Assembly (NCBI RefSeq): GCF_018977255.1
Contig: NW_024704743.1
Coordinates: 8,744,001-8,808,000, forward strand
Origin: Callorhinchus milii
Lineage: Eukaryota
Reading direction: 5' to 3'
DNA length: 64,000 nucleotides
Part shown: one piece after another, positions 25,085-39,478 of the stretch
How the letters are laid out: each line of letters opens with the position of its first letter
Numbering within the stretch: the stretch's first letter is position 1
Translations under genes and position numbers: made by a program
The notes under the pieces: generated by a model
Seen by the model: the letters and a program-made list of their open reading frames with translations, nothing else
What the model was told of the DNA's origin: nothing
Databases searched by the model: none

Positions 25085-25410
25085 AATAATAATAATCCTT
25101 GCATGTGCCTTATCACATCTTCGGGACGTCTCAGAGCGCTTCACAGAATATACTGTAAACTGAATTGATTGTATATTTGGTGGATGAAACCCGGCAGCCA
25201 ATCGCACACAGCAGTGTTTCACAAACAACCTCGGATTGAGTGACCCAATTTTTTTTAAGGGATTATTATCTCCGGAAAAGCGACTAACAACCGGCTTCTC
25301 ACTTACTGCTAGGTAAAAAGAGGCATGCCTAAGGTTTTGTCTCAGGAATTGAATCCAGCTCCTCTCGCTTGCGAGGCAAGTGCTCTAATCAATATGTTAC
25401 AGGATTCCAC
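25085..25410 (-). mobile_element. Deu-core SINE, long variant
   Basis: Head, extra segment, core and tail. Confidence 0.85.
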
Positions 25411-26008
25411 TTCTGAACACTCAATGACAGATGACTTGCAGTCAGTCTCTTTCTGTACTTTGATCTGCCACTATTTAACTACAGTTGTTTCCATATTCTA
25501 ACTTTCTCAGACAAATACCACATATGAACAATGGTTACCCAATACCCAGCTCTTTTAAATTTACTGTCTAGCGCATCATGTAATCTTCCCTGACCACATC
25601 CCCCCAGCCAGAAGCATGAAATAATTTTCTGTGCCATTATATGATGCATTCTCTGTGCATTACTCACTGTCTCTGCTTGGGATCAGTACATTTACGGACA
25701 TCAACACTTATTTTTCTTATAATCTCTCATTGCTAAACGCATCCGCTTTGTTTGTACAATCGTTGTCTCCTTGTAACCATGAGGTAACCAATGTGAAAGG
25801 CCCTATATAAATGTAATTTTGTTCTTGTAACCAGTTATAACCACAGTTATAACCACAGTTTGCAGAAAGTGGTTTGTAAACCAGACCAAACAGTTAAAAA
25901 TTTTCACTGAAGTTGCAGGATTTACAGTGACATTTAAGTACTCTACCCCGCGTGAGGGGCGTTATATAATTTAAGTGTTCTGTTGTTGATCTTGATCCAT
26001 AGATCGCA

Positions 26009-26307
26009 GGCAGGGCGAATTGTTAGGCAAGTTTCCTTATGCCACAGCTCTGTTTACTTAGCAGTAAGTAGGAACCCAGTTGTTAGTCAATTGGCAGATC
26101 ACTTTCCGAGAGTCATAATCCCTTTTTAAAAAAATAATAATTTGGTTACTCAATCCAGGACTGTTTGTGGGGCACTGCTGTGCGCAATTGGCTGCCGTGT
26201 TTCGGCCACAAAATATACAAACAATTCATTTAGCAGTATATTCTGTGAAGCGCTTTGACACGTCTCAACAACATGATAAGGCTATATCAAATGCAAGGAT
26301 TATTATT
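26009..26307 (+). mobile_element. Deu-core SINE, long variant, 5'-truncated
   Basis: Extra segment, core and tail. Confidence 0.85.
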
Positions 26308-27407
26308 TATCAAATTTATATGTTACAATGCAGATTTGATGTTCTGTCCCCTGAGAAAGCACGCTTTCTTCAACACATTTTATTTGCATTTGTGAGGTTT
26401 AAATTGAGCACAAATACATTTCTAATGGATCCAAACCAGTCACATGGAGCTTCATACATGTGACCTCAAAGCTATGATCTATTGGCTAAGTAACAACAAA
26501 AATGTGCACCTTTTGTGTGGGGAGAAGATCTCAAAATGCTTCATAAGGATGAAGTGGGAGCCTGAGCTGGGAGGTAAATGGAGAAGGTAAGGGGTAGGTT
26601 ATCGAAGGTGCAGTTAAATAGATAGGTCTTAAGACAGGTCTTCAAAACGGAGGATGGAGTGAAGTAGAGATTTCAGAAGAGCATTCTAGAGAGCTGGAGG
26701 TGTGGGGGAGGAGAAACGGCTAAAAGCTGATGGTGACAGATATGAAACAATCCAGGATTGGCAGAGGACAGAGAGTGCTGTCACAGGAGATCATAGCAGA
26801 GGTAGTAAAATAAAATAGCAAAGGCACATATACTCACATAGGAATGTGCAGGGCTAGAAACACCCGGGCCATGTGGCTCCAGGTAAATAAAACCCCCTAC
26901 TTGATCTCTCATACACCTCATTCTATTTATTTGCCAAGGAGTGTATCAGTTTAATTTCCTGTTGAATTTGCAGACATAATCTGCCTCCCGGGTAGTTGGT
27001 CTCACATATTCACTACTCTGTTGTGTGAAGTAATGAAACCTAAACTGCACATTTACCTCAGCTCCGATTATGTCTGTGTTCCCATGTTGCACATCTTGAT
27101 GGAGGGAGCTCTAGCAAGCACAGAGTGCTTAAGCAGGAACAAAACTCCTTTTAGTGCAAAGGATATGGACTTCCCTGTATCTGAATTAACCGGTTGCTTT
27201 CTGACAGAAATTGAATCTCATTATAAACATGAGCAGTCAAATGCCTCTCTAGTTCTTACGCTGTGGTTTCACTTAGATTTTGTAGACCTTTAGAGTTTGT
27301 ATATTTTGCCTCTTAACTAAATATTTTTTCACTTTATATTCTCCAGGGATACATAAAGGCTTTGGGCTTTCAGCAGCCCTTAACGTCTGGGAGAAATTGG
27401 TGTAACA

Positions 27408-27724
27408 ATAATAATTGTAATCCTTACATTTGATATACATAGTATAATAATAATAATCCTTGTATTTGTTATAGCACCTTATCAAGTCTGCTAGACATCT
27501 CAAAGCGCTTCACAGAATATATTGTAACATGAATTGCTTGTATATTTGTGGGTGAAACAAAAACAGCCAATTGTGCACAGCAGTGTCCCACAAACAACGT
27601 GGAGGGATTATTATCAAACTTGTGGAGTAAGGAACCTCGCCCAAGGTTTTGCCCTGCCGAGAATCAAACCCAGGTCTCTCGCTTGCGAGGCGAGCGCTCT
27701 AACCACTGAGCTACAGGACTCCAC
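27408..27724 (-). mobile_element. Deu-core SINE with internal deletion and partly duplicated tail
   Basis: Family head, core and tail. Confidence 0.85.
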
Positions 27725-27769
27725 AAAGCTTTCATGGATATAGAAGCTTTCACAAGCTAAAGTCTTAAT

Positions 27770-28082
27770 AGAGGGTGATCCCAGCTGGATAAGCAGTGGG
27801 AAAGCTTGCCAGACAGCGCTATCAATGGCAAGCTCTGCAGTTTTAACTGGTTAGACAGTTACCCCAATGTACACTCTGGGCTCACCAAGCCTTAGCTCTT
27901 GCCTGATACTTTCCAGAATTAGGGAGGCAGGTTCCATCCCTCCGGAGAGAGTGTGCACATTCTAATCCAATAAATGTCTCTGGACTTTCCATGTCTAGGT
28001 GGATCTCTGGTTTGGATACTCTTTAGCATGGTGAAGGGCTTCCGCATGTGTCAAACACCCGGCTGAACCCCAAAAAAGAAAA
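27770..28082 (+). repeat. Unclassified interspersed repeat, copy with A-rich 3' end
   Basis: Same family; ends gcatgtgtcaaacacccggctgaaccccaaaaaagaaaa. Confidence 0.8.
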
Positions 28083-29774
28083 GTCACATCAAACTCCGTA
28101 CAGATACACGAGAGTGGTTGCCAATGGAAGAATTTCTTCAGCAGAGGGCGGTGAGAATGTCAAACTCACTGCTGGAAACTGTGGTTGAAACAAAAAAAAA
28201 TGTATTGAAACTGAAACTTGATGCATAAATGAGGGTGAAAGGAATGATTTTGTATCAGAGAGGAGGGGTTTGTGTGGAGTATAGACACCGGCACAGACTA
28301 GTGGGTCCGAATGGCCTGTTTCTTTGCCATTCAGTGTAACTGTATACAACATCTCCAGTGGCTGCACAATCATTCTTCTGTTTGTCCGCTCATTCCTTTA
28401 GCTCTACAGATGCTTGGAAATCTCAGCTTCATTTGGATACTCCGCATTATCATTATTATTGTCATTGCAGGGGTTAGCAACCTGTGAAGTCTTGTCATGT
28501 TGTGAGGGACACAACAGGGAACAAAATGTTCAATAGAGTCAGGGCCTGTTTTAGGATTTGCTCCCCCCCCTGTGGATTCTCAATATTAAAATATTTTAAA
28601 ATGCTGGATATCTGCTCAGTAATTGTGGTAATTTTAATGTCATTATAGCTGTCTTACAAACAGTTTGAGAATCTGGCACAGGAATCATTTAAATGCTGCA
28701 AAACTGAGAGATTATAACTTCAGTATTCAGAACCGAGAACCGTACAAAGCAAGGAGACACACAAGGGCATCTGACAATCTCCATTTGAAGCACTTGCACG
28801 ACTTTCAATCTGCCCAGAACTTGTTCAGTTTGTGTAGAGCTACGCTTCCTATTTCAGACCTTCTTACCATTACTTTCATTGATTTTGTACCGAAGTTATG
28901 TCAATACTGCAATGTGTTCAAGGTTCGTTCCTATGCCTACAAAGAGGGGCGGGTGATTTTACCATTACCGTTGCTGCTTTTCATTTGTATTCCAAAGCTA
29001 AGTCTGGATGTGTGTAGATTTGAAATAAGGAGTTGCATTTAGAGATGCACTGAAGGGAGTATCATTCACAAGGTCACAAGAGCAGTTTGGATGAAGAATG
29101 CCCTCCAGCTCATTTGATCTCATCCTTCCAGAGCACAAACCATGTGATTTCCCCCATTACAACACTCAGCTGTTTTGTGAATGAATCCAGTGTCCTGCCT
29201 TTTATCACTTTTCCTGGTAACCAGTTCCAGCTGTTAGAACCATAGAAATTTACAGCACAAGAAGGACATTCGTACCTGTGCAGGCTCTTTTAAAGAGCAA
29301 TCCTTTCAGTCCCATTTACCTGCCTTTTCCCCGAACTCCTGTAATTTATATGTTTTTGACGATCTAACCAGCTACCCCCAAGTCGGTGCTCCAGATAATA
29401 ATAATAAACTTTGCATTTGATATGGCGCCTTATCACATCATCGAGACGTCTTAAAGCGCTTTGCAGAATATACTGTAAAGTGGATTGACTGTGTGTTTTG
29501 TGGGCAAAATGCAGCAGCTAGTTTGCTTGCAGCAGTGTCCCACAAACAGCCATTAAGTGAATGATCAATTTTATTTGGAGGATTTGTTGGCCAGGACACT
29601 GGGAGAAACTCACATCACTTTCCGAATCGCACCGAGGAATCTTTAACGTCAACCTGAGCAGGAAGGCGGACCTCAATTAAACGTCTCATCCGAAGGACGG
29701 AAGCCTCTGCATTGCACTGTGCAGCTTGAATATTGTGTCTTGGGATCTGAACTTAACTTATAAGGCAATACAGC

Positions 29775-31457
29775 CCGACACTGAAAACCTACCAAGAATA
29801 GAGGGGAACTAAGAAGTCAATGTTAGCGAGCAACTTGGGAAAATTAATATTAGTAAAGAAATGGTTTTAGGTAAATTGTCAGGTTTTAAAACTGATAAAT
29901 CCCCTACATCCTAGGGTATTAAAAGAGGTGGCTACTGAGATAGTGGATGGCTTGTCTTTGATCTTCCAAAATTCTCTGGATTCTGAAACGGTTCCCATTG
30001 ATTGGAAGATTGCAAACATAACACCACTATTTAAGAAGGGTGGGAAAGAAAAGATGGGGAACTATAGACCAGTTAGTCTGACATCGGTGGTAGGGAAAAT
30101 TCTTGAGTCCTTAATTAAGGATGTCGTTATGGGATTCCTGGAAGACCATAACAAGATTAGGCAGAGTCAACATGGCTTTACAAAAGGGAAGTCATGTTTA
30201 ACTAACCTTTTAGAGTTTTTTTGAAGATGTATCTAGTAGGTTAGATAGGGGGGAACCAGTAGATGTAGTACATTTAGATTTTAAAAAGGCATTTGACAAA
30301 GTGCCACACAAAAGGCTATTGCACAAGGTTAAGGCCCACGGGATTAATGCGAACATATTAGCATGAATTGAAGAGTGGCTAACGAGTAGAAAACAGAGAG
30401 TAGGGATAAACGGGTCATTCTCGAATTGGCAGGATGTGACCAGTGGAGTGCCACAAGGATCGGTGCTTGGGCCTCAGCTATTTACAATTTACATCAATGA
30501 TCTAGACGAGGACATTGAATGTAACGCATCTAAATGCGCTGATGATACTAAACTAGGTGGGAGAGTAAGCTCTGAGGATGATGCAAAAAGATTGCAACGG
30601 GATATAGATAGGCTAGGGGAGTGGGCGAGTAGGTGGCAGATGGATTTTAATGTGGGGAAGTGTGAAGTTATTCACCTAGGTAGAAAAAATAGAAAAACAG
30701 ATTATTTTCTAGAGGGGGAGAGATTAGATAGTGTTAGTGTTCAGAGGGATTTGGGTGTCCTTGTACACCAGTCTCAAAAAGTTAGTTTGCAGGTGCAGCA
30801 AGCAACTAAGAAGGCGAACGGCATGTTAGCGTTCATTGCAAAAGGTTTAGAGTACAAGAGTAGGGAAGGCTTGCTGCAACTGTATATAGCCTTGGTGAGA
30901 CTGCACCTAGAGTATTGTGTGCAGTTTTGGTCTCCTTATTTAAAAAAGGACATACTTGCCTTAGAGGGGGTGCAGCGTAGATTCACTCGGTTAGTTCCTG
31001 GGATGAGGGGACTGACCTATGAGGATAGGCTGAATAAACTAGGGCTGTATTCTCCAGAGTACAGAAGAATTAGGGGAGATCTTATTGAAACATATAAGAT
31101 TCTTAAAGGGCTGGATAAAGTAGGCACTGAGGGACTGTTTCCCCTGGTAGGAGAATCTATAACTAGAGGTCACAGTCTTAAAATTAAGGGTCAGCCTTTT
31201 AGAACAGAGTTGAGGGAACATTTCTTCACTCAGAGGGTAGTGAATTTATGGAATTCACTACCCCAGAAGGCTGTAGATGCTCAGTCCTTGAACATTTTCA
31301 AAGCTGAGACTGATAGATTTTTAAAAAACAGAGGGATTAGGGGATATGGGGATCGGGCAGGTAATTAGAGTTAGGTCAGAAGATCTTATTGAATAGCGGG
31401 GCAGGCTCGAGGGGCCGAATGACCTACTCCTGCTCCTAATTCTTATGTTCTTATGTT
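29775..31457 (+). mobile_element. 5'-truncated CR1-clade LINE (RT region), inactivated
   Basis: [50 protein letters not shown] and HLEYCVQFWSP. Frameshift near 30215-30222 and stop at 30364; (TCTTATGT)n tail. Confidence 0.96.
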
Positions 31458-31569
31458 TATTTATTGCTATCTTTTCAGCAGTGATCTATGAGTCAACAAA
31501 GCCCTTAGATCTCGTTCTAATTGCCCTTTGACAAGTTCTATCCCATCCATGGAGTACTTTGTGTGTTTG

Positions 31570-32000
31570 TGTGGCTCAGGTGGTAGCACTCTTGCCTTTT
31601 AGTCAAGGTTGTGGGTTCCAGTGCCATGTTGGGATTTGGAACTCATACAGTCTAAGCTGACACTGTATTGCAGTGCTGGCAGTGTGCTATATCATTGGAT
31701 GTGTCGTCCTTCAGATGATACGTTCAACTGAGGACTTGTCTACCTAATCAGAAAGATACTAAAGAACCCATTGCACGATTTGAAAAGTGACAGAAGTTTC
31801 TTCCGGTGTCCTTCGGCAACAATCAAATAAAGAATTCCCCAAATAAAATTGGTTAACTTCATGGCTTTTTGTGGGACATTGCTATTTCCAAGTTGGCTGC
31901 CGCATTGACCAACAAAACAGTCGCTACCTTTCAGAGTATATCCTGTGAAGCGTCCTTCTGACGGGAAAGGCACTATGCCAATGTAAGGATTATTATTATT
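31570..32000 (+). mobile_element. Older DeuSINE type (SacSINE1/AmnSINE-like body); other copies on - at ~13065-13355, 29395-29750, 42995-43348, 44280-44550, 54150-54455 and 55824-56175
   Basis: A different tRNA head (ggctcag.tggtagcactct...gagtcagaaggttgtgggttc), a body with tctaggctgacact..agtgc and gtccttcagatgagacgtt, and the same Deu core and tail. Confidence 0.78.
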
Positions 32001-32340
32001 ACACTTGGCCCTTATTTTTACTCCCTAAAGTCATTGTAACTTAGTGGTTAGAGCACTCGCCTCATAAGTGAGAGAACCTGGGTTTGATTCCCCAGCAGGG
32101 TGAAATGTTGGGCAAGTTTCCTTGTTCCACATGCCTCTGTTTACCTAGCATTAAGTAGGAATCTGGTTGTTTGTCGATCGCCAGATCACTTTTCCGGGTG
32201 TAATAATCCCTTCAAAATTAAAAAAAAATAATAATTATTTGGTCACTCAACCCACGACTGTTGCCTACAAAACACATAGTCAATTCACTTTACAGCTATT
32301 TTACGAAACGCTTTGAGACATCTCGAAGACGTGATAAGGC

Positions 32341-32644
32341 GTGGAGTCCTGTAGCTCAGTGGTTAGAGCACTCGCTTTGCAAGCGAGAGACCTGAGTTCA
32401 ATTCCAGGCAGAGGGCGAAACCTTGGGCAAGTTTCCTTACTCCACACACCTAATAATAATCCCTCCAAAACCAAAAACAATAATAAATTGGTCATTTTCA
32501 ATCTACGACTGTTTGTGGGACATTGCTGTGCGCAATTGGCTGCCGCGTTCGCCCACAAATATACAGTCAATTCACTTTACAGTGTGTTCCATGATGCGCT
32601 TTGGGACGTGAAAAGCGCTATATCAAATGCAAGGATTATTATTT
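32341..32644 (+). mobile_element. Deu-core SINE, young short variant, abutting the tail of an older long-variant copy (32033-32340)
   Basis: Nearly identical to the 19871 and 61271 copies. Confidence 0.92.
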
Positions 32645-33937
32645 ATATGTAAGGCACTTCATTTCCATTGATCAGCTCAGTTGCTGACTCTGTCGAGGAC
32701 TCTGTAAAATCTTGGCTGACTCTGAACCATGTCCATGCTTTACCCTTGATACTTATTGATCTAATTTTGGAAAGGAGTCTCTCATGTGATACCTTGTCAA
32801 AAACCTTTTACCTGTTTAGGTACACAACATCATGTTCCTTTCATTTTTAAACATCCTCAAGTTTTAAAGGCAATGATGTTCAGTCTTTGTGGTGTATAGA
32901 TCTGAAACTGATGTAGAATCAGCACTTCAGTGAAATAAAGTATGTGAAGTCAAAGCTAGTTACTCCCCATTGCCACTGTCTCTCCTTGGGCAGCAATCCT
33001 CTTGCCAACGGAAACTAAACCCAGCATAAAGTATTTCAAACGCTTCTGCAGATATTCATTTTAAAGAAATAACTAATTTTCAGGCAGTTCTCTCACTGCA
33101 TTATTCATTGATTCAATCCATATAATTGTGACTCTGGGGAGAATAAGGAAGGTAAGAGTGTGTTGTGTCAGTTATATTACTTGGTGTGCGAAATGTTGGT
33201 GCGGCGACCAAATTGTTTTTTGTTACACAGAGTCAGTGGCTTGGTTTAAATGACTGCAGTTAAAGCATGTTATATTTGGGGGGTAGAGTTCACCACTGAG
33301 CTTTTCACATTAGGATGATGTCTCAAAGCGCTTCACATAAAATTGACTGGGAGCATATGCTGATGGGTGGGGGTTGGAGTGAAGGAAGGGTAGGATTGAG
33401 GTGTATGGGTGGGTAGGGGGGAATTGTAGATTACTGTACAAGATTTGCAGAAGAGCAGGTTTCCTGGTTGGTCTAATAATTTTTTTCTCGTTCCGTGCTT
33501 TATGTTATTTCATGTTGATGTTTCTGTGCAATTTCTTAATGAATGGAAAATAATTAATTGTGATTAATTAAAAATGAATAAAATGAATTTTCATTTATTA
33601 GCTAATGAAAACTAATTTTATACTCAGTCTCTGGGATTAGGTGTGGAGTGTATAAAACTGTAAGGTATATATATTTGTGTCTGAAAATTCATGTGTCGTT
33701 GGTAATGCAAAACTGCTGACGACAAAACCTCAAGGAATAACTCTAATGTTGACCCAAGGGATTCGATCATCAGTGCGTTTCACTCATTAATTCATTTTCT
33801 TTGAATGTGCTGCTGGCAGTGAATACAAAACCATTAGGAAATGGTCTTGTTTCATGTTCAGGAAATCTATCCCATAATCCCTCCAACTAGCCACACTCCC
33901 TCCCCCAATTTTAAAGATTGCCTCAATACACCAATGC

Positions 33938-34337
33938 GTGGTGTCCTGTAGCTCAGTGGTTAGAGCACTCGCCTTGCAAGTGAGAGACCTGGGTTCGATT
34001 CCAGGCAGAGGGCGAAACTTGGGCAAGTTTCCCTACTCCACACGCCTAATAATAATCCCTCAAAAAAAATCAATAATAAATTGGTCACTTCAATCCACGA
34101 CTGTTTGTGGGACACTGCTGTGCACAATTGGCTGCTGCGCTTCACCCACAAATATACAGTCAATGCACTTTACAGTATATTCTGTGAAGCGCTTTGGGAT
34201 GTCCTCCCGACGTGAAAAGCGCTATATCAAATGCAAGGATTATTATTATTATTTACAGTATATTCTGTGAAGCGTTTTGAGACATCTAGAAGACGTGAAA
34301 AGCGCTATATCAAATGCAAGGATTATTATTATTATTA
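33938..34337 (+). mobile_element. Deu-core SINE, short variant with tandemly duplicated 3' tail
   Basis: The tail unit tttacagtatattctgtgaagcg...caaggattattatt occurs twice. Confidence 0.9.
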
Positions 34338-35940
34338 ATACCTCTTTGGTCACATTTTTGGTCATCTTTCTCCTCCCTCCCTCCCCACTGCTGCCTCAGG
34401 TACCCAGCCATCTGCATGAAGATGCTGTCTCAATGTGAAGCTGCAAAATAAATGCCAATTGTATTGTAGTGTATCGTTTCCAGCACTGAGAACACCAGCT
34501 CCCTATGCTCTTGCAGTCCTTGTTAGGGCCAAGATTCGTTTTGGAGGAAAATGTCACAAAAACCTGCTACAAGGATAACACTCTCGAAAATTAGTTTGTC
34601 GCCTTTTTTCTTCCATAGCACATTGCATTTATACAGTGCCTTTCACGTCAGTAGGGAACATCCTCACAGCGTGAAAGGCGCTATATAAATGCAATTTATT
34701 TTTGTTTATTGCTGTAGCCAAGCGACTTGCTCCAAGGCTTCTGGTGAAGCCACATCCACATGAGAACATCCAGTAGGGGGTGCACAGGACAACTGACTTT
34801 TGCATGTTTCTATGTAGGGAAGCACCTGCCGATCGCTGTTTGTCACTTAGCCAGGAAGAAGCAGCTGAGGTCATGAACTCAATAATGTGATATGAATCCA
34901 CTGTCCCTGCTCGATCACAGTGCTTGTGGTCTGCAAAATTATTAAAAGACTCAACCCAAACCCCAGTGTGGTCCCTCCTGATGGATTACTACCGAATGGA
35001 AAGTCTGTTTGCTATCTAGTTTTATACACTTCATTGGCTAAGAGGCCAAAACAAATAATCTTGGGTGGTTGTCCATTTACCGCTCGTAAACTGTGTGAAT
35101 GTGCTCACTGCAGAGAGAATTGTATTCGTGATTTGTAACCATTGTTATCACAAAGTACTCAATTACATGTTTCAATCCTGATCCATCATTCAGAAAAATT
35201 GAGTCGTGAAAATGTTATTGAGTTAAATCAGCAAACAGAGAAAACCCGAAGAGGAAGATACCCATCAATGTACAGTCACACAATTAAACGCAGCAAAATT
35301 TATGAATTCAATGTTGAACATTAGGTCCTCTGTACAGAGAACATAGACACAGTAAACTCTACTTTAAGTGCTCTGGATGCTACCCTGCGTGAAGGTGCTA
35401 TATAAATGCAAGTTGTTGTTGTGAAGGTTCACTGTCATTTTGTGTTGAACAGATCTATGGTCAGTTTGTATTTTGCTCTGCGTGAATTGGTTTTGAGTAT
35501 GTCCTTGCTGTGTGTTCAGCTGGTGCTAGTTCTTACTGATTGGTGCCTCTAGGGTGCCTCAGCCTTGAAAGGAGACATCTCAGTGGGAACATCTTAGTGG
35601 CGTATGGAAAGCAAACCTAAAACAATATTTTCAGATATGACTAAGCAGGAGGGCATGGGAAGTGAAGGGCACTTTTGAGACAGACACTGGGAATTATTCC
35701 TTCACACAGAAGGTAATCAACAGCTTTGATTGTGCCCAACTAACTTACATCCTGTGATATGCTGAGGTGATATTGTCAGACAGCTGCCGTCAGACCTGTT
35801 TACACGGCATCATATGCTTCATTAGTTCCCTGAGGCGCCAACCTGTGTAGAGGTAATGGTGGGTGGGCATTTTCCAAGCTGATGTGTCTCTTCATGTTTA
35901 CCAGATACAAGCCACAAAACTGTCATCCATTTATGAGCTG

Positions 35941-36290
35941 AATCATAGAATCTTACAGCATAGAAGGAGGCCATTTGGCCTATCGTGCCTGTATCAGCTC
36001 TTTGAAAGAGCTATCCAATCAGTCCCACTCCCCAGCTCTTTCCCCATAGCCTTGTATTTCTTTTTCTTTTTAAGTACATATCCAATTCGCTTTTGAAAAC
36101 TACAAATCTGCTTCTATCACTCTTTCAGGCAGTGCATTCCAGTAACAACTCGCTGCGTAGATTTTATTCCCTCATCTCCCCTCTGGTTCTTTTGCCAATT
36201 ATCTTGAATCTGTGTCCTCTGGTTACCGACTCACCAGCCAGTAGAAACAATTTCCCCTTTTTTACTCTTTAATTGTGAACACATCTATCC
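35941..36290 (-). mobile_element. CR1 3' tail fragment (similar pieces at ~9770-9940, 14450-14580, 28110-28330, 29235-29345 and 41415-41810)
   Basis: catagaatc...cagcatagaaggaggccatttggcc...tcagtcccactccccc motif. Confidence 0.78.
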
Positions 36291-36374
36291 TGTGCAGGAT
36301 CATGGACTGCCAGACTTCAGGCTTTCTTATCACTTGACTGCACTGTTCTGAATGTTGGCTAGCAACTTATAGTG

Positions 36375-37170
36375 TCAGTGGGGTCTCCTCCTCATCCCGG
36401 TCCTCTGCTCCACCCTCAGTGGCCGTGCTTTCAACCACTATACCCCGAGATTCTGGAACTGCCTTCCTCACTCCCTTCGTCTCATTCCCTCCCTTCCCAT
36501 TTTCAGATCTCTGCTGAAGACCTTTCTTTTCGACCGCGCCTTTGGTCACCTTCCTCCCCCTCCCCCTGGCTCAGCCCCGGGATCCGTTACTGTAAAGCGC
36601 TCTGAGACGCCGTCCGGCATGGAGGGCGCTATATAAATGCAAGTTGTTGTTGTTCTATTCCTAATGCATTCTTTGTTTGTCACCCTATTTCCACCATTGA
36701 CCCGCATCCTCATCCGCACTAAACTCTGTACCGCACATCACCCCATTCTTCGTCAAAATTTATCAGCTCACCGTCTCCCTGTAGATTGATTTCAAACTCC
36801 CCATCCTCAATTATAAATCACTCGGTGTCCTTGCATTATTTCCTATCTCTCTGATCTTCTCCTACCCTACTCCTTGGCTGCTCCCTTTCCACTTGGCAAG
36901 CTTGGGCTTGCTATAAATCCCCACCTCCCACCTTCCCACCATTGATGGCTGAGTCTTCCACCCCTAATGTCTAAAACTCCCTTCCTCTACCTGTATCTAG
37001 CCCTCCACTCTATCTGTCTTTGTATTAAAAATTACCTCTTACAAAACGCCTATGGTTACCTCCCCGATTACCCCTCTCCCTTACTCAGCATCTGATCCCA
37101 TCCTTGTGAAGTGCAACAAGACATTCCCCTATGTGAAGGCCGCTATATAAATGCAGGTTTTAGTTGTTGT
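36375..37170 (+). mobile_element. Two tandem L2 3' fragments
   Basis: Both end in ggcgctatataaatgca...gttgttgtt (36653 and 37170). Confidence 0.8.
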
Positions 37171-37998
37171 TCCCACTTCTCTTTATTCAACTCCCAAGCC
37201 AGTAAAAATGTCTTCCAAATTTTCAGTTGTAGTTTTGGATGTACGTCTTTGCATATCACCTGTGGAGATATGAAAGTCTGAATTGTGATTATATGACTCT
37301 GAACTCAAAACTATCTGCTATTTTTCAAGAAAAAAGTTTCTTGCATGAGACATTGTATGATACATCTTCTTTTGAAATATCACAGGAGGAGAAGAAACAC
37401 ATCAAACATAGTGCACTTAAATTTAGTCTCAACTTTAATTTAACTTTAATGAAAGCTGGTTTCCTTAAAAAGATGAATGAAGAATGAATTTTAAGAATTT
37501 TTACACAATTCTGTACAATTTTACTTTTAAGACAAAATGGTGTTAAAAGCTAGGTGAATTTTGAACCTTGGCGATTATAATCCTGGACCATCAGTTACAA
37601 AATGGGAAATGGTTTTACTAACTGAATCATTGGGGCATCCCGTGATATAATGTGTGTCATCAAAACATAATTTGTTAGTATCAGTGCTGCTACAACTAGT
37701 TTCATAGTCATCAACTCCCTCCTAGGACTACATGGAAATGCGGGCAGGGACTAACCTACCATCTGGCACTAAAGCTGCCTGATAAGAGTAAATGGAGTCA
37801 CTCAGTCCCCCAGTGCAGTGCAAGCAGGGGGAAAGGAGGAGGGTGATGATCAGGGATAAATGTTAGGCAATTAGTGGACAGTGGCTGCTGAAGGGATTGA
37901 GACGTGGGAGGGTCAGAGATCCAAATGACTGGAAATGCTGTATAATAAAGAGCTGCCAGTAAGCCAGTAATTCAATCAACTAATACCATAAACTATGA

Positions 37999-38082
37999 CC
38001 GAGCGAGAGAGCAGGCAAGCAAGAGACAGAGAGAGACACAGAGAGAGACAGCGAGAGACAGACAGAGACAGAGGGAGACAGA
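37999..38082. repeat. GA/GACA-rich simple repeat
   Basis: Read directly from the sequence. Confidence 0.85.
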
Positions 38083-39478
38083 GCGGCTTGACCAATTTAT
38101 ACATGTTTGAATTGAATCTTTATCCTCAGAGCCAACTATTTTATATTCATATAAAATATTGAATAATGGATAGTTTATGAATATAAAATGATGTGAGATG
38201 GGTGTTATGGAATTACATCTGGGAACAGAATTGGAGACATGCCTAGAATTTGACACAAAGTGTGTGGGAGAAACTTGGACACAGGGCAACATATTGGAGG
38301 AGTTGGAAATTGTGTTTGTGTGTGTACGTGCACGTGTATGAAAGGGTGGAGTAAAGAAGATGGGAGAGTAGACTGATGTGGCCAGGGGACCTGGGAGATA
38401 TGGAGTCGGCAGGAGGTATTGGAGATATGGGGTGGGGAGATGGCTTTAAAATTAAGTTCACATCATTCTCGACATTATAAACATTTTTCTCCTGGGGAAT
38501 CACAGAATATTTATTGTAGTTACTCAACAAATAGTGGGTTGCCATGGCAAGGATTACTTATCTTCTGATCATCTCTACTCTGTTGCTGCTCATTGAATGT
38601 CTGAGACAAACACATATTGTACGTGAATGCCTCGCTACATAACATTCAGAGTGATTCAAAATAATTCTCTTTGTTAAGTGTTTTTAGATATTTCAACACA
38701 TTTAATGCCAGTATTAATAAGTATTATTTATGTATTCTAGATTGTCATCTGTTTCTTGAATGAACCTTTAAACCGAGGTCTCTTGAGCCTTGTGATTCAG
38801 TGAAACATTAAAAGATCCCATGTTGCGATCTCAAAGAGTCAGGAGTTTCTCCTGGGCATTAACCTTCCTCATCCAAATGCACCAACTCAAAAATAGTTCA
38901 GCTTCGTTTCATTGCTATTTGTGGGATGTTGCTTGGCGCGTATTAGCAACATTTGCATCCGTAATAATACTCATGGTATTCTAAATTTGTGAAGTGTTCC
39001 ATAGTATCCTTATATGGTGATGGGCAATATAGAATGTAAGCTGTGTGTGTGTGTGTTTGTGCATACAAGAGAAAGACTGGTGAAGTAAACACTGTGTACA
39101 GTAGAGAGAGGGAGACATTAAGGAGAGATGCCGCATTTCGCCTACAAAATACATTGTTAATCCACTTTACAGTTGAGGTGTCTCGATGACGTGATAAGGC
39201 GCTATATCAAATGCAAGGGTTATTATTTATTATTAAGGAGAGAGTGGAGTGTCGATGCAGAAAGAAAGAGATTGAGGAAAACAAATAAAGCTATGAAAGG
39301 ATGAGAACAACAACAAATTACATTTGTATAACGCCTTTCACGTCAGGAGGATGACCCAAAGCGCTGGACAGTCAAGAATGTGTACTCGAGCTAGGAGCTG
39401 GGATCAGGGGGCTGGAAGGCAGGGAAGGTGAGGGTAGGTGGATGACAGAAGGCTTGGTCAAAGAAGAAGGTCTTGAGA

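Noticed and set aside
32341..32415. tRNA-Ala(TGC)-like sequence, many copies
   Set aside because: SINE heads without a proper acceptor stem, continuing into SINE body; not tRNA genes.
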